From: Trichodelitschia bisporula
Lineage: Eukaryota
Assembly (NCBI GenBank): GCA_010356995.1
Contig: ML996692.1
Location: 941,933 to 1,005,932 of the forward strand
Reading direction: 5' to 3'
DNA length: 64,000 bases
Shown here: positions 1-13,900 of the stretch, in pieces
How positions within the stretch are numbered: the stretch's first letter is position 1
How the letters are laid out: each line of letters begins with the position of its first letter
The notes under the pieces: generated by a model
Seen by the model: only the letters and a program-made list of their open reading frames with translations
What the model was told of the DNA's origin: nothing
Database searches by the model: none
Made by a program: the position numbers and the translations under genes

Positions 1-91
1 TCCAATCGGAAGATAAAAAAGCACAGAAGAAGCAGAGCGGAGCGCGTAATGACGATGCAAGAAACATAAAATCAACATCGATCTTCCATAC

Positions 92-218
92 CTCCATGTC
101 CAAATGCCTCCTCATCGTCTCCATACTCTTTCGGTGCACAGCACCTTAACGGCGAAAGCGGCGAGTCCAGCCAGGAGCGCTTTGGGCCCGCAGGAGTGTT
201 CTGATTATTATATTCCAT
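92..218 (-). CDS. Possible first coding exon of a gene continuing beyond the window start (product unknown)
   Basis: ATG at 218 in good context (gcaaccATGg) encoding MEYNNQNTPAGPKRSWLDSPLSPLRCCAPKEYGDDEEAFGHG, then a consensus donor GAG|GTATGG at 91 and a pyrimidine-rich intron-like tract to the edge. No family recognised. Confidence 0.35.
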
Positions 219-257
219 GGTTGCGATGGTTGCGATGGTTGCGATGGTTGCGATGGT
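217..257. repeat. 9-bp tandem repeat (ATGGTTGCG)x4.5
   Basis: Direct reading: atggttgcg x4 + atggt, abutting the minus-strand ATG at 218. Confidence 0.95.
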
Positions 258-2218
258 GATGTTTGGGTGTGTCGTTCGTCTCAACAGTTCAGCCTTTCCA
301 TGCTCTTTCTTCCGATAACAAAAGCTGCAATGACGACGGTCTCTCCAGATTAAAGCTCAAGGGAAAATAGCGATTAGACGGCAGGACCAGCTTCCAGAGC
401 TCAGCAGGTTCGATAAAATACGTCAACTCGCCCCAGGCGGTCGGAATGCGCAAACGATTATCGCAAACGTGAGAGAGGTCGTGAAGTGGCAACCAACGAC
501 CAAAAAACACAGTCGAAGGAAGAACAAAAAAAGCGGAGAGAGAGGACGAGAGAGGACGAGAGAGGAAGAGATAGGAGAGAGGACGACAACTCCTCTTCGT
601 AGGGAAAACAGCTGCATACAAAGCGGGGCGGCAAACCCATCCATCGAAGACCAGAAACAGCCTCTCCCCTCCCCCCGCCGCCCAAAGGGCGTCGTCAACG
701 TCTCACGCCTAGCCCATTTCCCCACGCGCCCAATAGCGCGCCCCGACGGCGCCGCGAGCGCTTGGGGCCCGCAGATCCGGCCGCAGGCCAGTGCCGACCG
801 TCCACGCGGGCTCCGCTGGGAGGGAGTGTGGTCGGGAGGGGTACGGATGGACTGTTTGGTGGTGGAGAGGGCGCGAGAGGCGTGCCGGGCTTGACCCCGC
901 GCAGGGCTCGGCGTTAGAGGACTGGCCAGATACGCGCCGCCATTGGGCCCGGGGCCGCCGCGCTCAAACACACCCCGCCCACTGCTGGCATGCCAGGCAC
1001 GGAGAGGGATTGGGGATACGGATATGGGGTGCGTTGCTTGGGGGGTGTGGGTGTGGCTGCGACGGGAGTGATGCTGGAAAGAGTTGGGATGGGGAAGTTT
1101 GCGTCGTGGAGGAGAGAGAGATGTGGAGAAACAGCGAGAAGAGACGGAGGTTCGTGAGGGGGAAGGGACCGGCTCTTTGCGGGGGGGACGTCATGATCGT
1201 TCCCTTTGATAGCGATAGGCACTGCGGAGAGTTTGTGCCTGCATGACACCAGGCCCGATTGACGACGACCATCGCTGCGAGCTGCGAAATCGGCCAGACG
1301 CAGGCCGATGAATTGCAAATCGCGCACGCACTTTGCTGCACGTCGTCAATGGCCCCAAAGACAAGCCTCGTCAGTCCCCGCGCTACACTACTATCCTACC
1401 CAATTTACTCCATCTGATCTGACATGGCTCCTCTCAACCCGCGAGATACCTGCCGCCCACACGCTGGCTCGAACATGCCTCAGCCGCGCCATGTCATCGT
1501 CGACATGTCACCGTCGCATCGTGCAGCCGCTCCCATCGCTTCCGTCGAGCCGAAGGAAAGAGAAAAAAAGAGGCTGCATCGCCTGCCGACCGCGCAAGGC
1601 CGAGATGGCCATCTTCTGCACCTCATTGGCAGACCAGCCAAATACCGTACAACCCCCCCGGCCCATCTCACTCTCTCTCCAACACTCCCCCTTTCAATGA
1701 ACCACTCGGACCACGACAGTCATCCAGAAGCCGACGGACAAGCTCTCCTCTTGCAAGAAACAAAACAGCAATCTGCAGTTCTAGTCTTCTCTAACCCTTC
1801 TGTGCTCTCCTCTAAAACACATCTGACATTCTCTGCTACGGCCCGTCCCATCCCTGCTATCTCCCCCCGCATGTCGCAAGGCCTTGTGCCAGGCCACAGA
1901 GGCTTGGATACCGTAAATGCAGGTCTGGAGCATGCACCTACGCACAGACACACACCCACTGCTGCTCGTGCTCGCAAGGTGGAATTCAAATAGCTGCAAG
2001 GCTTCACATACTACCCGGTATTCCTACGCCAGAGCAGGGCTTCCGACGCCGCGCTATGCATGTACATGTACGGGACTGCACAAGGGATGCAGACCACAAA
2101 CCAAGGCCAAATGCCCAAGTAAACCAGCACAAGAAGTCCGAAAAGCCGTGACCAACAAGCCCCCTCTTGCATACCCGCTAGCACGCGAACCATAATCGAA
2201 GAAAAGTCCCGGTCAAAT

Positions 2219-4489
2219 CTATTCCCTAGAACTAGAACCCCACGCATCCTGTTCATCGTGGAAGCTGCCGTACTTGGGCCGGCTAATGTTTTCGGCTTCC
2301 TCTTCGGCCTGTTCATCGTCCTCGCTGCCATCGTAATTTCTCTGTTGCCATTCCGAAGCCTCTTCGTTCTCGTGGCCGAAATCCTCACCTCCGGGCTGGT
2401 CCGGATCGCCCTCGGCGAAGGGCATGTCGAGGTTGTGGCGGTTCTCGGGGTCATGCGGCTGCCTTGGCTCGAGCTGCCCTGGCTCATAGCCCTCGCGCAC
2501 TACCTCCGCCTGCTCAGCTTCGGGATACGCACGCCTGCTTCCAGTCAGCCTTGTTACAAGGCACATCACACACACACAGGCAAGTACTCACACGTAGTGC
2601 TTCTGCTCTGCCTCGTTCCACGCCGGGCCGCCTTCCTTGCGCGCTCGTACCCGCTCCACCTGCTCGGCCTCGTGGTCCTCGACCATCAGATCAACGAGCT
2701 GGCTCCGGTCCGTCTTGGGGTCCGACTTCTTGGAGCTGGACGACGAATTTGACGACATGATTCTGCTCAGAAGAGGGCGCTGTGACTCGGATCTTGACTT
2801 GGATTTCGACCGCGAGGCTGAGGCTGATGCATCGCTAGAGCTATCCCGATGCTTGCCCTTGTCGGCAGATTCCTGGATGCTCTGGATGTGGCGCTTCCGT
2901 CGCTGCTTGTTTAACTTAGTAGGTTGGAGGACATGGCGGTTTGATGATCCGGTGACGATGGTGGGATCTCGGTACAGCACAGCTTCGCGGGAAGCCGTGT
3001 GGGCGGTAATGACGGGGTACTGTCGTTTGTCAGCAGAGTGTAGCGCCGAAACAAGCTCCCACGAACATTGTAGTCCCCAAACTCCAGCGCTCTAGCCGCA
3101 TCATAGAGTTGCTCATCCTCAGGATTGAGCGACGGGTCTTCGGTGTTCTCATCCGTAGCGCCGTAGCTCCTTGGAGGCGTGTGGCTGGCCCCAGGGCTCA
3201 TGGTCCGGGCCTGGCTAGACCCCAGCAACGGTGCCTTGTGATGTTGAGCCCGCGCTGGAATCCAGTATTTGCCCTTGCCACCCCGCTCATACCGCATCCC
3301 GGCCATCATTCGAGCTGTGCGCGCAGACGACTGCTCGTGGGCCAGGACGTTATCGTGCGCGTCGTAGTCACGGTACTCGTATTTCTTGCCGCCAAACGTC
3401 TCCCTTGTATCTTGAATCAAGTCCATCGGACCAAAGGCATCGCGCAATGCGTACTTCACCGGCATCCTAGCAGCCGATATGGTCACGTCCGCGTAGTCGT
3501 GCCAGGAAAAGGCATACCAGTGGGCGAGGGCGAAGGCAGGCATCTCGAAGCAGATGAGCGCGTCTTGAATGGAAGCCGCCAGGTTGTCTGGCGTGTATCC
3601 AGGCACATTATCAGGCAGAGCACCGAGCCAGACAAGGATGGAGAGCATGAAGCCTTGCCAGTACGAAGCAAAGATTATGCCCTTGATGCACAGGAACTTG
3701 GGCATCGGTCGGAACGGCTGAAGGTCCTGGAGCATACACACCCAGAACAGGGCTAGTGCATAAAGGCATACCGTGATGCTGATGTTGTAGATCAGGCCGC
3801 TCCAAAAGTATCCCGAGGACACGCCGATATATCCCTCTTGATACGTTCCTGTCGCCTTCATTATGATCGTAGCTATCGCCAGAATGGGCTTCACCCATGT
3901 GTACTGCAATATCCCACGCTTGATGGCCACGAAGGTATGAGGATCGGAGATGTCGACTTTGGGGAAGATGTAGTGCAGTGGCCACAGGTGCGAAACCGGA
4001 CGCCGACCGTACATGAGGATGATGAGCGCGCGCTCTCCTCCGATGAAGTTGATAAGGAGCTGGAAGAAGGTGTAGATGGTAAAGGCTTCGTACACATCGC
4101 GCAGTGGATCTATCCAGAAAGCGACCTTAAGGGATATGAGACTCGCCCACGATGCTGCCGCGAAGATGGGAACACTGAGCCGTCAGTAAAATACCAAAAT
4201 GCAGAACTTGTTCTCACATCAACAGTATGCGAATGACATATCTCTGGAGGAGGGGCTTCCGATAGTTCTTCCTACGCGCGGTCGTCAGACTCGGCCGTTA
4301 ATCAAGCCCACGGGGAACATACGATTGAAGCCATACTGAGCTAGGGGAGTAGATCAGTACTTGTAACTCGATATCCACAAAATATACGTACATGAAAGTG
4401 AGCAACGTCGCCGACAAAGCTGCGACTCCGGCCAGAATGACCACTATGCGACCAAGTCGCGAGCCTGTCCCCCCCCATTTCGACTCCAT
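2219..4489 (-). CDS. HFL1: TMEM184/OST-alpha (DUF300) vacuolar membrane protein, Hfl1-like; 6 exons: 4489-4392, 4340-4323, 4271-4218, 4174-3067, 3019-2592, 2534-2219
   Basis: Spliced translation gives KNYRKPLLQRYVIRILL, YEAFTIYTFFQLL, KRGILQY, PKFLCIKGIIFASYWQG, typical of the family. The C-terminal EDEQLYDAARALEFGDYNYPVI resembles the Atg8-binding segment of Hfl1. All introns are GT-AG and keep frame. Confidence 0.9.
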
Positions 4490-4923
4490 CGCGAGAAGCT
4501 GTGAGGAGCTATGCAGCGGAGAAGCTGCCGATCGTCGAAAACCAACGACTAGGCCATTCTAGTCGCAATATCGGGCGAGAAAAAGCACGACGATGCGCAA
4601 TGGAAGCGGGGCGGATGAGGAGCTGCCTGGTCTCGTGTCTCGCCCAAACAAGTCTCGCTGCCTGTGAGCGATGACATGTGGTGGCCCGTGCTCCATGCAA
4701 GCATCCCATCCCCAGTCGCGCTTTTACGACTTCCACCTGGTCCGACTTCCATAATCACCATTCAGGAACTACGACCCGCCCTGCCATCTCAACTTGGTTG
4801 CAACTCACATTTTAGTTTGTCTCGTCGTCACTAGTTCCCGATACTATGCGCAGCTTTCTTCCACCTCCGCCCGACTCTCCACAATGAAACCAGATCCAAC
4901 CGAACCTCGGATAGTCAGCTTGC
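4490..4923. promoter_or_regulatory. Compact bidirectional promoter between HFL1 and CSF1
   Basis: 434 bp between two divergent start codons (4489 minus, 4924 plus). Confidence 0.7.
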
Positions 4924-7900
4924 ATGGCGGGCGGCGACCTCATTGCGCAGCCGCTCAATGCGTCCAAGAGCTTCAATTGGGTTCTTCTGATTGAGCTTCT
5001 GGTCTGTGGCATATTGTAAGGGCTCTCCAGGAATTCTTCCGCCAACGATTAACTGTGCTAGGGGCGTCTTCTTCCTCGGATACTTTGACCGGCTCGTTTC
5101 CACCCTCATATCGTACGGCATACGTTTCTACACCTGGCGCAAATACCATGCCTTCATCGATATTCAATCACTTCAGCTGTCGCTGCTTGGGGGCCGAATC
5201 TTCTTCAAGGGCATACGCTACCATGCACACAACGAGACCATCCTCGTTCACACCGGCTACATAACCTGGAACTACTGGCTCCGGCATGTTCGGGATGCCA
5301 AAGTCTTTGAGCCCGGAGATCTAGGAGAAAAACAGGAACCAGACAGCTTGCTGCCCAGCAAGAATCAGGACGAAGAGGGAGGTCGCAAGCCGAAGAACCT
5401 ACCCTGCCGGATCAGCATCCACCTCGAGGGCGTTCAGGCCTTCCTCTACAACCGGAGCCCTGCTTACGATGCGGTGGTCAACCATATGACAGAGGCCAGT
5501 GAGGCAAAACACACTCCGCGCGCGAGTCAAGACCGTGTGCACTCCACCAGCTCCGAGCATGCAAGGCTCGCCGCGTCCGCGGTTGAGAGGATTGCCTCTG
5601 TGCTCAAATCATCCGTTTCCTCCATGCATAGCCGATCTCGGGATGGAATGGGAAGCCGTAGCGAGAAGCCCAAGGAGCGCGAACACGCGTACACGAAACC
5701 GACGCTACCCATGTTCCTCAAGTTGTTACCGATTCATATCAAGTGCGACAAGGCCGCAGCGGTTCTCGGCAACTATAACACTCGTTCCATCATCACCGCT
5801 ACTGTCGAGGGGGCTTCAGGGACAATTGATGCGGGAAAAGCTGGCCTGTTAGACTTGTACAAGCAACTCTTCGAGTTTGAATTTCGTCATCCCGTCGTCC
5901 AGATGCGGACGAATCCCGACTTCAAGGAACCGCAGCTTGCAACTGCCTTGCGGCTGAAGGACAATGGTCCCACCCCTAAGCAGCAGACCAAGCGTAGTCC
6001 GGGTTGGAGTTCGCTGCTCAATTTGCGCCGCCGCTTCAATGCGTCGGTCGAATCCATCAAGGCGTCGCCAGATGGTAGTGGAACCAGCTCCCACCGGATG
6101 GCAAATCTTCCCGGACAGGAACGCTGGCAAGGCCTGAGCAGGTATATGGATTCCAGCCTCTACAGCGAGCATGATGAGTGGGATCCCGTCGAGTACGGCC
6201 GGTCCTCGACGATCATCGACTGTCCCAAGATTGGAATGACCTTCTACTGGGACGTCCCAGGTGTTGTACCACCTTTCGAGCCCATAGGTGCAACTGTCGA
6301 CGCGGTCAATGGCTCCGCGCCTCCGGAGTATGGTCTGGATCTGCGAATCCACGGAGGTACGGTCACTTATGGACCTTGGGCTGACCGGCAACGTGTCAAT
6401 TTCCAGGCAATATTCTTTCCCGCCATTTGGGCTGACGCGATCCCCGGCAAGGTGCTTACTCCTGGCGAAACTCGTGTGTCTACCGTCTTCAAGATATTTA
6501 TAAGTGTAGAGGAAGAGCTGGTGCTACGCGTTCCTGTTCGAGAGTCTTCCAAAGACTGGAAGTGGAAAGGCAAGGCCGAGACGGTAGTCGGCAACCAAAA
6601 CGGCAATGCCCAGGCAAAAGACAAGAGCAAAAGCAAGAGAAGGACCTTTTGGCGCACACGAGATAAAGGCCCTGTTGGTGCCAACGTCCGCCCCTTTGCA
6701 TGGCTGGACGTTAAGATCGGCGCAGACTCGACAGTCACTTATGTCATGGATATGATTGCTCGCAGCAGTGGCTATCAGAACGCCGTTAGCGCGGATGTCC
6801 GTAAGATGGAGATCTTGACGAGCGTAAACCATGGCCTACTTTGGCGGTCTGGTCCTCTCACTGTAGACTGCGATCTGTCGGCCCCGCTTGCCTGGAATGG
6901 ATTGCGGGAGTGGAAGTTCAACATCTGCAATGACGACCTGCAGCTGTTCATCCTGCGAGACCACCTCTTCTTGTTGACGGATGTAATCACAGACTGGACC
7001 TCTGGGCCCCCACCAGAATACGCCACCTTTGTGCCGTTTCGATACTCCCTCAATGTTCGCTTTCGCAACTTCAAGCTCTTTCTCAACACAAATGACTCGA
7101 ACATCATCAACGATCCGTCATCGCTGGAAGACAACCAGTTTATCATTCTGTATGGCCGAGATCTACATGCGGATTTGACGATTCCTTTGGACAAGTTTCG
7201 GCCTGTGCGTAACGAAATTTCCTTTGACATCGTCGGTCTCGACCTGGGGTTGGAGCTGGCGTTAAATTCAAGGAATACCGCTACAGTTTTTGTTGACACT
7301 AAGACCATCGCCGAGTTGGCCAGAGTCACATTCAAAGGCAGCCACGCGTATTTCTCACGAACATCTCACGATCTCACCGACCGCCTCACCTTCATCATTG
7401 CCAGCGATCAGCTGAAGATCAACGCTTACGGCTTCGCTGTCTCCAGGCTTATCAAGCTGAAAGACAACTACTTTGGCGATGACTTGCACTTCAAGACTCT
7501 GGAAGAATTTCAAGAACTGGTGGCGGGCAAAAGTCAGACTGCTGAATCGGATGCAATTGCTCAGAAGTCAAATCGTTCCAATGATCTCGACATCATCATG
7601 TGCGTAACTACCACCAACATATCCGCGCTCCTTCCAGCCAATCTGTACTCTGTCGACCAGGGCATCGTTGTCAACATCCCGTATGCCTCAGGTGACTTGC
7701 GATTGACAAATTATTACATGGACCTTCAGGTTGACTTCAGCCCGCTTAATGTATCTCACCGTGCTCTCAAAGGAACCAGCACAACCACAACTGGTACAGA
7801 GATATTTATCGACAGTGCAAGTCTCAACGGGCATCGTGTTTTCGGCCTGCCCCCAACTGAGCCGACTTACGTTTGTACCTGGAATGTGGCCGTCGGCCCT

Positions 7901-10900
7901 GTCTCGGGCGAGTGTTCTGACAAGTTCCTTGAGACGTTGGCACGCTCCCTTCAGTGCCTCACGTTTTCTATCGACGACGATGAGAACTCGGTCAGTTTGG
8001 TTGAACCGCTTATCATTCATGACATTACCTTCTTGCAGGTCCGGACGCAGGAGGCCAAGGTCTGGCTTCACGTGAAAGACTACGCCTTCCTTGTCAGCTT
8101 GGGCCCGGCATCCGTGGATTTCAACGACTGGGCCGAATCCATGTTTTCAATGCGCTTGAACCTGCTGGTTCCCGATCTGGCTGTGGCTTGCGTCGACGCC
8201 AAATCTGCCATTGGCCGCAAGGCAAAGGACTATGCAGGCCCGGCCAACACCTTCGCGTGTCTACAGACCACGGTTTCGGTGAGCGTTTTGCATCGAAAAT
8301 TTCACTTTAGCGACGAGCGGAAGAAGCAGCAAGCGCACCTCCTCGAGCAGGATTCTCGCACCCGCCGTGCCCCGTTTCTGCTGGCGCAAGAAATGACTCC
8401 CAGCGTCCTCCAAACCCTGGCTGCAGAGGCTGATCCACCTGCAATGATATTCCCCCCTATTCCGGCACCCGAATTTGACGAGTCACCATACGGAAGTACG
8501 CTCTCTAGCTCCGCCAATTCACTCTATGAAGCCGAGCATAGTCTACAATCACAGCCGTCTGACGTAGCGTTCACCGATGTCAGCCGAAGTTGGAAAAGCC
8601 TTCGACCCAAAAGCTCACATGCTTCGCTGGCATCTTCCATTCGACGTTCCACGCATGCTTCAAGGCACACCGGCCCTCGACCCTCCCTCTCGCATGCGGA
8701 ACGCTCACAGCGCAATTCTTACCATAGTTACCAAACTCAAGCTGGCGGAGAACGGCACGCCATACCCTCGGTTAAAGGTTCCTTAGCCGTTCCATGCTTT
8801 CCGCTCCTGAACGTGAGTCCGGACTTTCACGACTTGCCACATTTCGAAAAGGACGCCGAGAACTCTATGCATCTTGACCGGCGGTATGATGCTGCTCGCG
8901 AGGGGTTCGACGAAGACTTGTCTCACACCACGTTTATAATCACCGCTGAGCCTGGAGTCCGGGGGTACTGCAAGCCGGAAGCTGTCATGGCAATAGCAAG
9001 CCTGATGGATTTACTTCAACAAAGGGATCCAGAGGACCTTCTGGATGCTTTTCAGCTGTCTGTCATGACTCAGATTTTGGACATAGAAAAGAAGAAGAAG
9101 GGGGCGGGGAGGTCTTTAGAACTGGCAGTCCGCGTACCATCGATCCTCTTCCGTTTCATCAGTCCGTTTGACTCCCCAGCTCATGAATCCCGACCCGCAG
9201 TCGATCGATACGACTTGAGTGTCCGTCATCTGACAATCGCCGCACGATCGAAGGTCTACCCGGCGGCCAAAGAAATGCCCGATCGGAATACCCTTCATTG
9301 TACAGTGGGATCCGTCACAGTCTCTGCTCGCGAGAACCCGATTGGCCTTGATACTGAAGATCTCGCTTTACGCGCGCAAATTCAACAGCTGACCTTTTGG
9401 GCATTTTCTTCCGAACAAAATGAGGCCAACCTCTCCTTCCACACTCTCGAGTTTGCTACCGCCGGTAAAGAGATCGGATACATCGCTGCGCTCATTCACC
9501 GCACAACCCTGATGGGGAACCGGTTTGCTGCTACCTTTGTTCGCCTGCTGGCTGAAAGCAAGTCTCGTATGGCATATTTGGCATATGAGCTCAGCTTGAA
9601 AAGTGACAGTATTGTCGACCCTCCTTTTCTCACAAAGCCGTCTCATGCTATCCGCGTCGCACCACACCATCTCCGCAACCATGACTCTTGGAAGATAGTC
9701 CACCGCTTCCGCATCATCTACCAGAAAATGGACGAGAACTCTAGGCAGCGACTGAAGAACGCCTTGTTTCAAGGGTCAGCGGTGTGCCCGGATGACTATC
9801 TCGGCGCTGTGCTCAAGAAGTGGGAACGCTGGCGCGTGGAAGATTTGGCACACGTCAAGAAGAGCCTGGCAATGCGATACCTTTTTGGTCCGCACCTTGG
9901 AAGCGAAGATGCCTTTACGATGAAGCCAGCTTTGCCGCTGGTTTTCCATGTCAGAGCCCACGTTATCAGATTGCTGGTTGACCCTGGGCCCCATCAAACT
10001 GAGGTTGCACTTAACACAGTGGTCGCTGGCCTGAGTATCAAGCCTCCAGTCTTACCGGAGGGCTTGAGGCTGGTCCAACTGGACGGCTCTCACCCTACAG
10101 AAGATGTTTTGCTCCAAGCATCTATGCAATCGTTTACGGTCAGTGTCGACTGGGAGATTACCGCACTTATCCGGAACGTCGTTCATTTGTTCCAACGTGA
10201 GAGCATACAGCCAATTACTCCTCCGACGTGCCCAGCACCACCTCAGCTGCAACCCGAACGAGCTACGTGGCGGTCCATTCAAGTTGTCCTGGCTATTGAT
10301 GCGGTAGTGTGGAAAATTGGGTTGATCAACATCCGAGGCGATGTGACCTGCGAGTCGTGGCGCCTGTCCCTGCTGATGCTGGATAAATCCGCCACCAAGG
10401 AAGGTCTGAGGATGAGCGCTCTGATTCATGCTGCAAATGCCCATGCCAATGTGTTTGCACACTCTCGCCTTTTACTAGAGGGGACGGCCGGGGCTCCCAA
10501 TCTCTATATTTCCCGCGAAGCTCAAGTCCCTTCCACCTCAATGGAAGACAAGTGGCGCATAACGGGAAGCAACAAGCTGATGACCATCAAGGTTCGAGAG
10601 GAGATTCTAGGTGTCCTCGAAGTAGCGGATAAGGTGCTGCGCGATGAAGTGGCATATTTTAAGGAGAGGTTCACTTCTCTCACTGCCGGCAAATTCCCAC
10701 AGACCCCGGAGGTTGGAATCACTGAGCAAAGGTTGCCAAAGGTTACGGTTGCCCTGCTGATGGACACATACCGGTTCGACGTTGCACTCCTTCAATCTCT
10801 CACCTACACCCTCGCTGGGAAGCTTGGCCGGATTTCCGTGTCCCCGGCACTTCATCGACTGCTCTCCATGGAACTAAATTTTGACGTCGATGAGCATACC

Positions 10901-13900
10901 CACGGCCTCTGGAGCCACAGTCAAGAAGGCAATGACGTCATATCGACATTCAAGCTGCCTCCTGTCAACGGTCAGATCAAAGTCTACGAAACCAAAGAGC
11001 GTTTGGATCTTTTGGTTACCATGATTGTAGAGACTGTCGTACTTGATGCGACACCCCTCCACGCACTCATGAGCACTTTCAGCCGGCCAGAGGTCTCCAG
11101 GACCTTCGGCGCCATTCAAGCCGATATTGCTGCCCTTCGGCGACGTTTCAAGCTCATATTTCCCGAGTCCCCTCCACGCACGCCCGCTACCGAGGTGGTG
11201 CTGTCCCGTTCTGTCACATACAACGTGGCTCTAACACTTGCGGGAATCAGCGTCAGAGCCGATGCCCCAGCAAAACATCCCGGTGCCGGCATCGCAAGCC
11301 TATCTCTGGGACTTAAGCGTGTGAAGCTCCGCGCTTTCAATGCCTCCAACGGTGGGAGTATCATCCTTCCACTTCCTGAAATCCATGCGCAGCTACAGGA
11401 GTTCTTTGTTGCGCTCTCCATTGCCAACAAGCTTGGTTCGCGCCCTTGTGGAAATATTAGACTTTCTGCCTCGGTGCATTGCACGATACGCAAGTCTCGG
11501 CGGAAAGAGCCGAAGCGAAACTACCGCATACGCGTTGATGGAGTTGAGATCAATGCTTTCGCCGAAACTGCGTCAGCAGTTGTGGACGTGCTCAACCACC
11601 TTCAAGACAGGATCAGAGATTTAGACCTTTCGCGGGAGAAGAAGTATTTGCAACGACTACGCGCTCCGACGCGAAAATCTTCGGCACATCTCATGGATGC
11701 TTCCGTGTATTCGGAAAGCAGCATGACTTCCAGTGGCCTTTTCAACTCGGCGTTCGCCGTTTCAATCTACGGAGTCCAGGTCAGCTGGATAGTGGGAGCC
11801 TCCGTTCCGGCATTCCCTGGCTACGAGAACGAAGATCTGGTCTTGTCCATAAAGATGATTGATTTGTCGACGAAGTCAGAGCATTCTTCAACACTAGCGA
11901 TTGAGGCTTTGCAGCTCCAGATGGTACCTGGTTCTCAGGACAAGAAGCGCCGATCAGTCAATTCAGCCCTCCTTCCCGAGGTGGTCTTTAATGTTGGCTA
12001 TGTCTCAACCGATAATGAGCGGAAGATGTCATTCCACGCCGCCGGGAAATCACTGGACCTTTTAGTGGACTCCAAGTTCATGGTACCAGCGAATTCGCTA
12101 CAGCGTTCCATCGGCCTTGCCGTCGATAAATTCCGCGATGCCACAGCCTCCTGGCAGATGACTCCAACTGCTACCGGAGCCCAGCGCAAGAACCCCTTTG
12201 GTGACAAGCGGTTGTCTTCTTTGCGCGTTGACGCCGATTTTGCCGGTGCTGTTGTCAGTCTTCGAAGTCGAGCGCGGAGCGAGCGTTTGGGCCCGAGCTC
12301 GCCCCTTTCCGGTGTCGAGCCTCATCAGGGACGATATGGCCAGTTTACAGGCGAAGGGGCAGCGTCAGGTGCCACCTTGAAATCTCCGGGCATTGCCATC
12401 AAGGTCGAGTACAGCGACACTGGTGTGGATCCGTCTCTCAGCGTCGAGGTGCGGGTGAGCGGATCATCGAATACGCTTACCCCGACAGTGGTGCCGATAA
12501 TCATGGAAATCTCGGACAGCATCAAGACTGTTGTAGGCGATGCTGAGAGCCCGACTGAAAATTCTGACAAAAAGATGACCCAAAGCTCTCTTCTTGATGA
12601 GAACCTTCTAACAGCGGATCCGAGCACCTTGCTGGGGAAAACGCGCTTTAACCTGGGCCTTCGTATCTGCAAACAGGAGTTCAGCCTCAGCTGTCAACCT
12701 ATAGCTCGCGTTGCTGCCTCGGCAAAATTTGAGGACATCTACGTCACTGCGAACAGCGTCACCTCGCACGACAACGATGCCTTCTTTTCAGTATCGGCGG
12801 CATTCCAGGGGCTCGAGGCTGAAGTCAAGCATGTGTATTCTCGAGAGCCAACATTTAGCTTCAACGTCCCGAAGATTGCTTTATCGATCATGAACAGCAA
12901 GCATCTTAGCGGCACAGCTGGAATTTCCGCGATTCTCAAGCTTTATCCAATGCATACAAGAATCAATGCTCGACAACTTCACGACTTTCTCCTTTTCCGC
13001 GAGATTTGGATTCCTCCCGAAATTCGCAAAGCTACTCCCTCATCGCCGACAACGAATCCTGCTTTGCCCCAGGACTATCTTGTTCAGCGCTACCAACAAG
13101 TTGCGACCGCGACGGCATTCCCTTGGAACGCTACGGTCGCTATCGAGAGCATTGCGGTAGAGCTGGAATTGGGACAAGCCCTAGGGAAGTCAAGCCTTTT
13201 GATCAACGACATGTGGGCATCATCTAGGAAGGATTCAAACTGGGAACAGAACCTCTGCGTCGGAATAGGGAGCATCGCTGTCACCAGCGAGGGTCGGATG
13301 AGTGGCTTTGTCGAGCTCGACAACTTCAAGGTCCGAACCTCGATCTCCTGGCCGGAGGTTGAGGGCGGCCATCACCAAACTCCAGCCATCGAGGCCTCCG
13401 TCGGATTCGACAAGCTGAGCATGAAAGCTGCATTCGACTACCAGGCATTTGCGATTGCAGATGTTGCTTCCTTCGCATTCCTCATGTACAATGTTCGAGC
13501 CGACAGAGAAGGCACCAAGGACCGGCTAGTTGCGATTCTGGACGGAGATATGGTTCACGCCTACTGCACTGCGTCGGGTGCTGCTCAAGGTCTTGCTCTA
13601 TACCAGGCATTTGAGCGGTTAGTTCAAGAAAACCAAACTGCGTACACCCAGTCCCTTAGAGACATTGAGAAGTATCTGCGACGGCAATCGGTGCTGGTCC
13701 CCTCGCATTTTGGGCCGATAGTGAACCCCGAGGCCAAGAAAGAGACAGACGACTTGAAGACACCGATATCCCTCTACACGGACGTCGTGGTTACGTTGAA
13801 ATCAATCGACATTGGAGTCTTTCCAAGCGCCTTCTACGACACACAGGTCTTCCTCGTCGACGCATCAGACGTCCAAGCCCGCTTCGCCGTCGCGCTAGAA

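Noticed and set aside
423..1993. Several 130-190 aa ORFs in the first 2 kb
   Set aside because: Low-complexity Arg/Pro/Ser-rich translations of GC-rich promoter or UTR sequence; no domain signal.
4991..5061. ORF-track start of the 3200-aa ORF at 4991 (TTG)
   Set aside because: It reads through an intron; the real start is the ATG at 4924 with intron 5016-5061.
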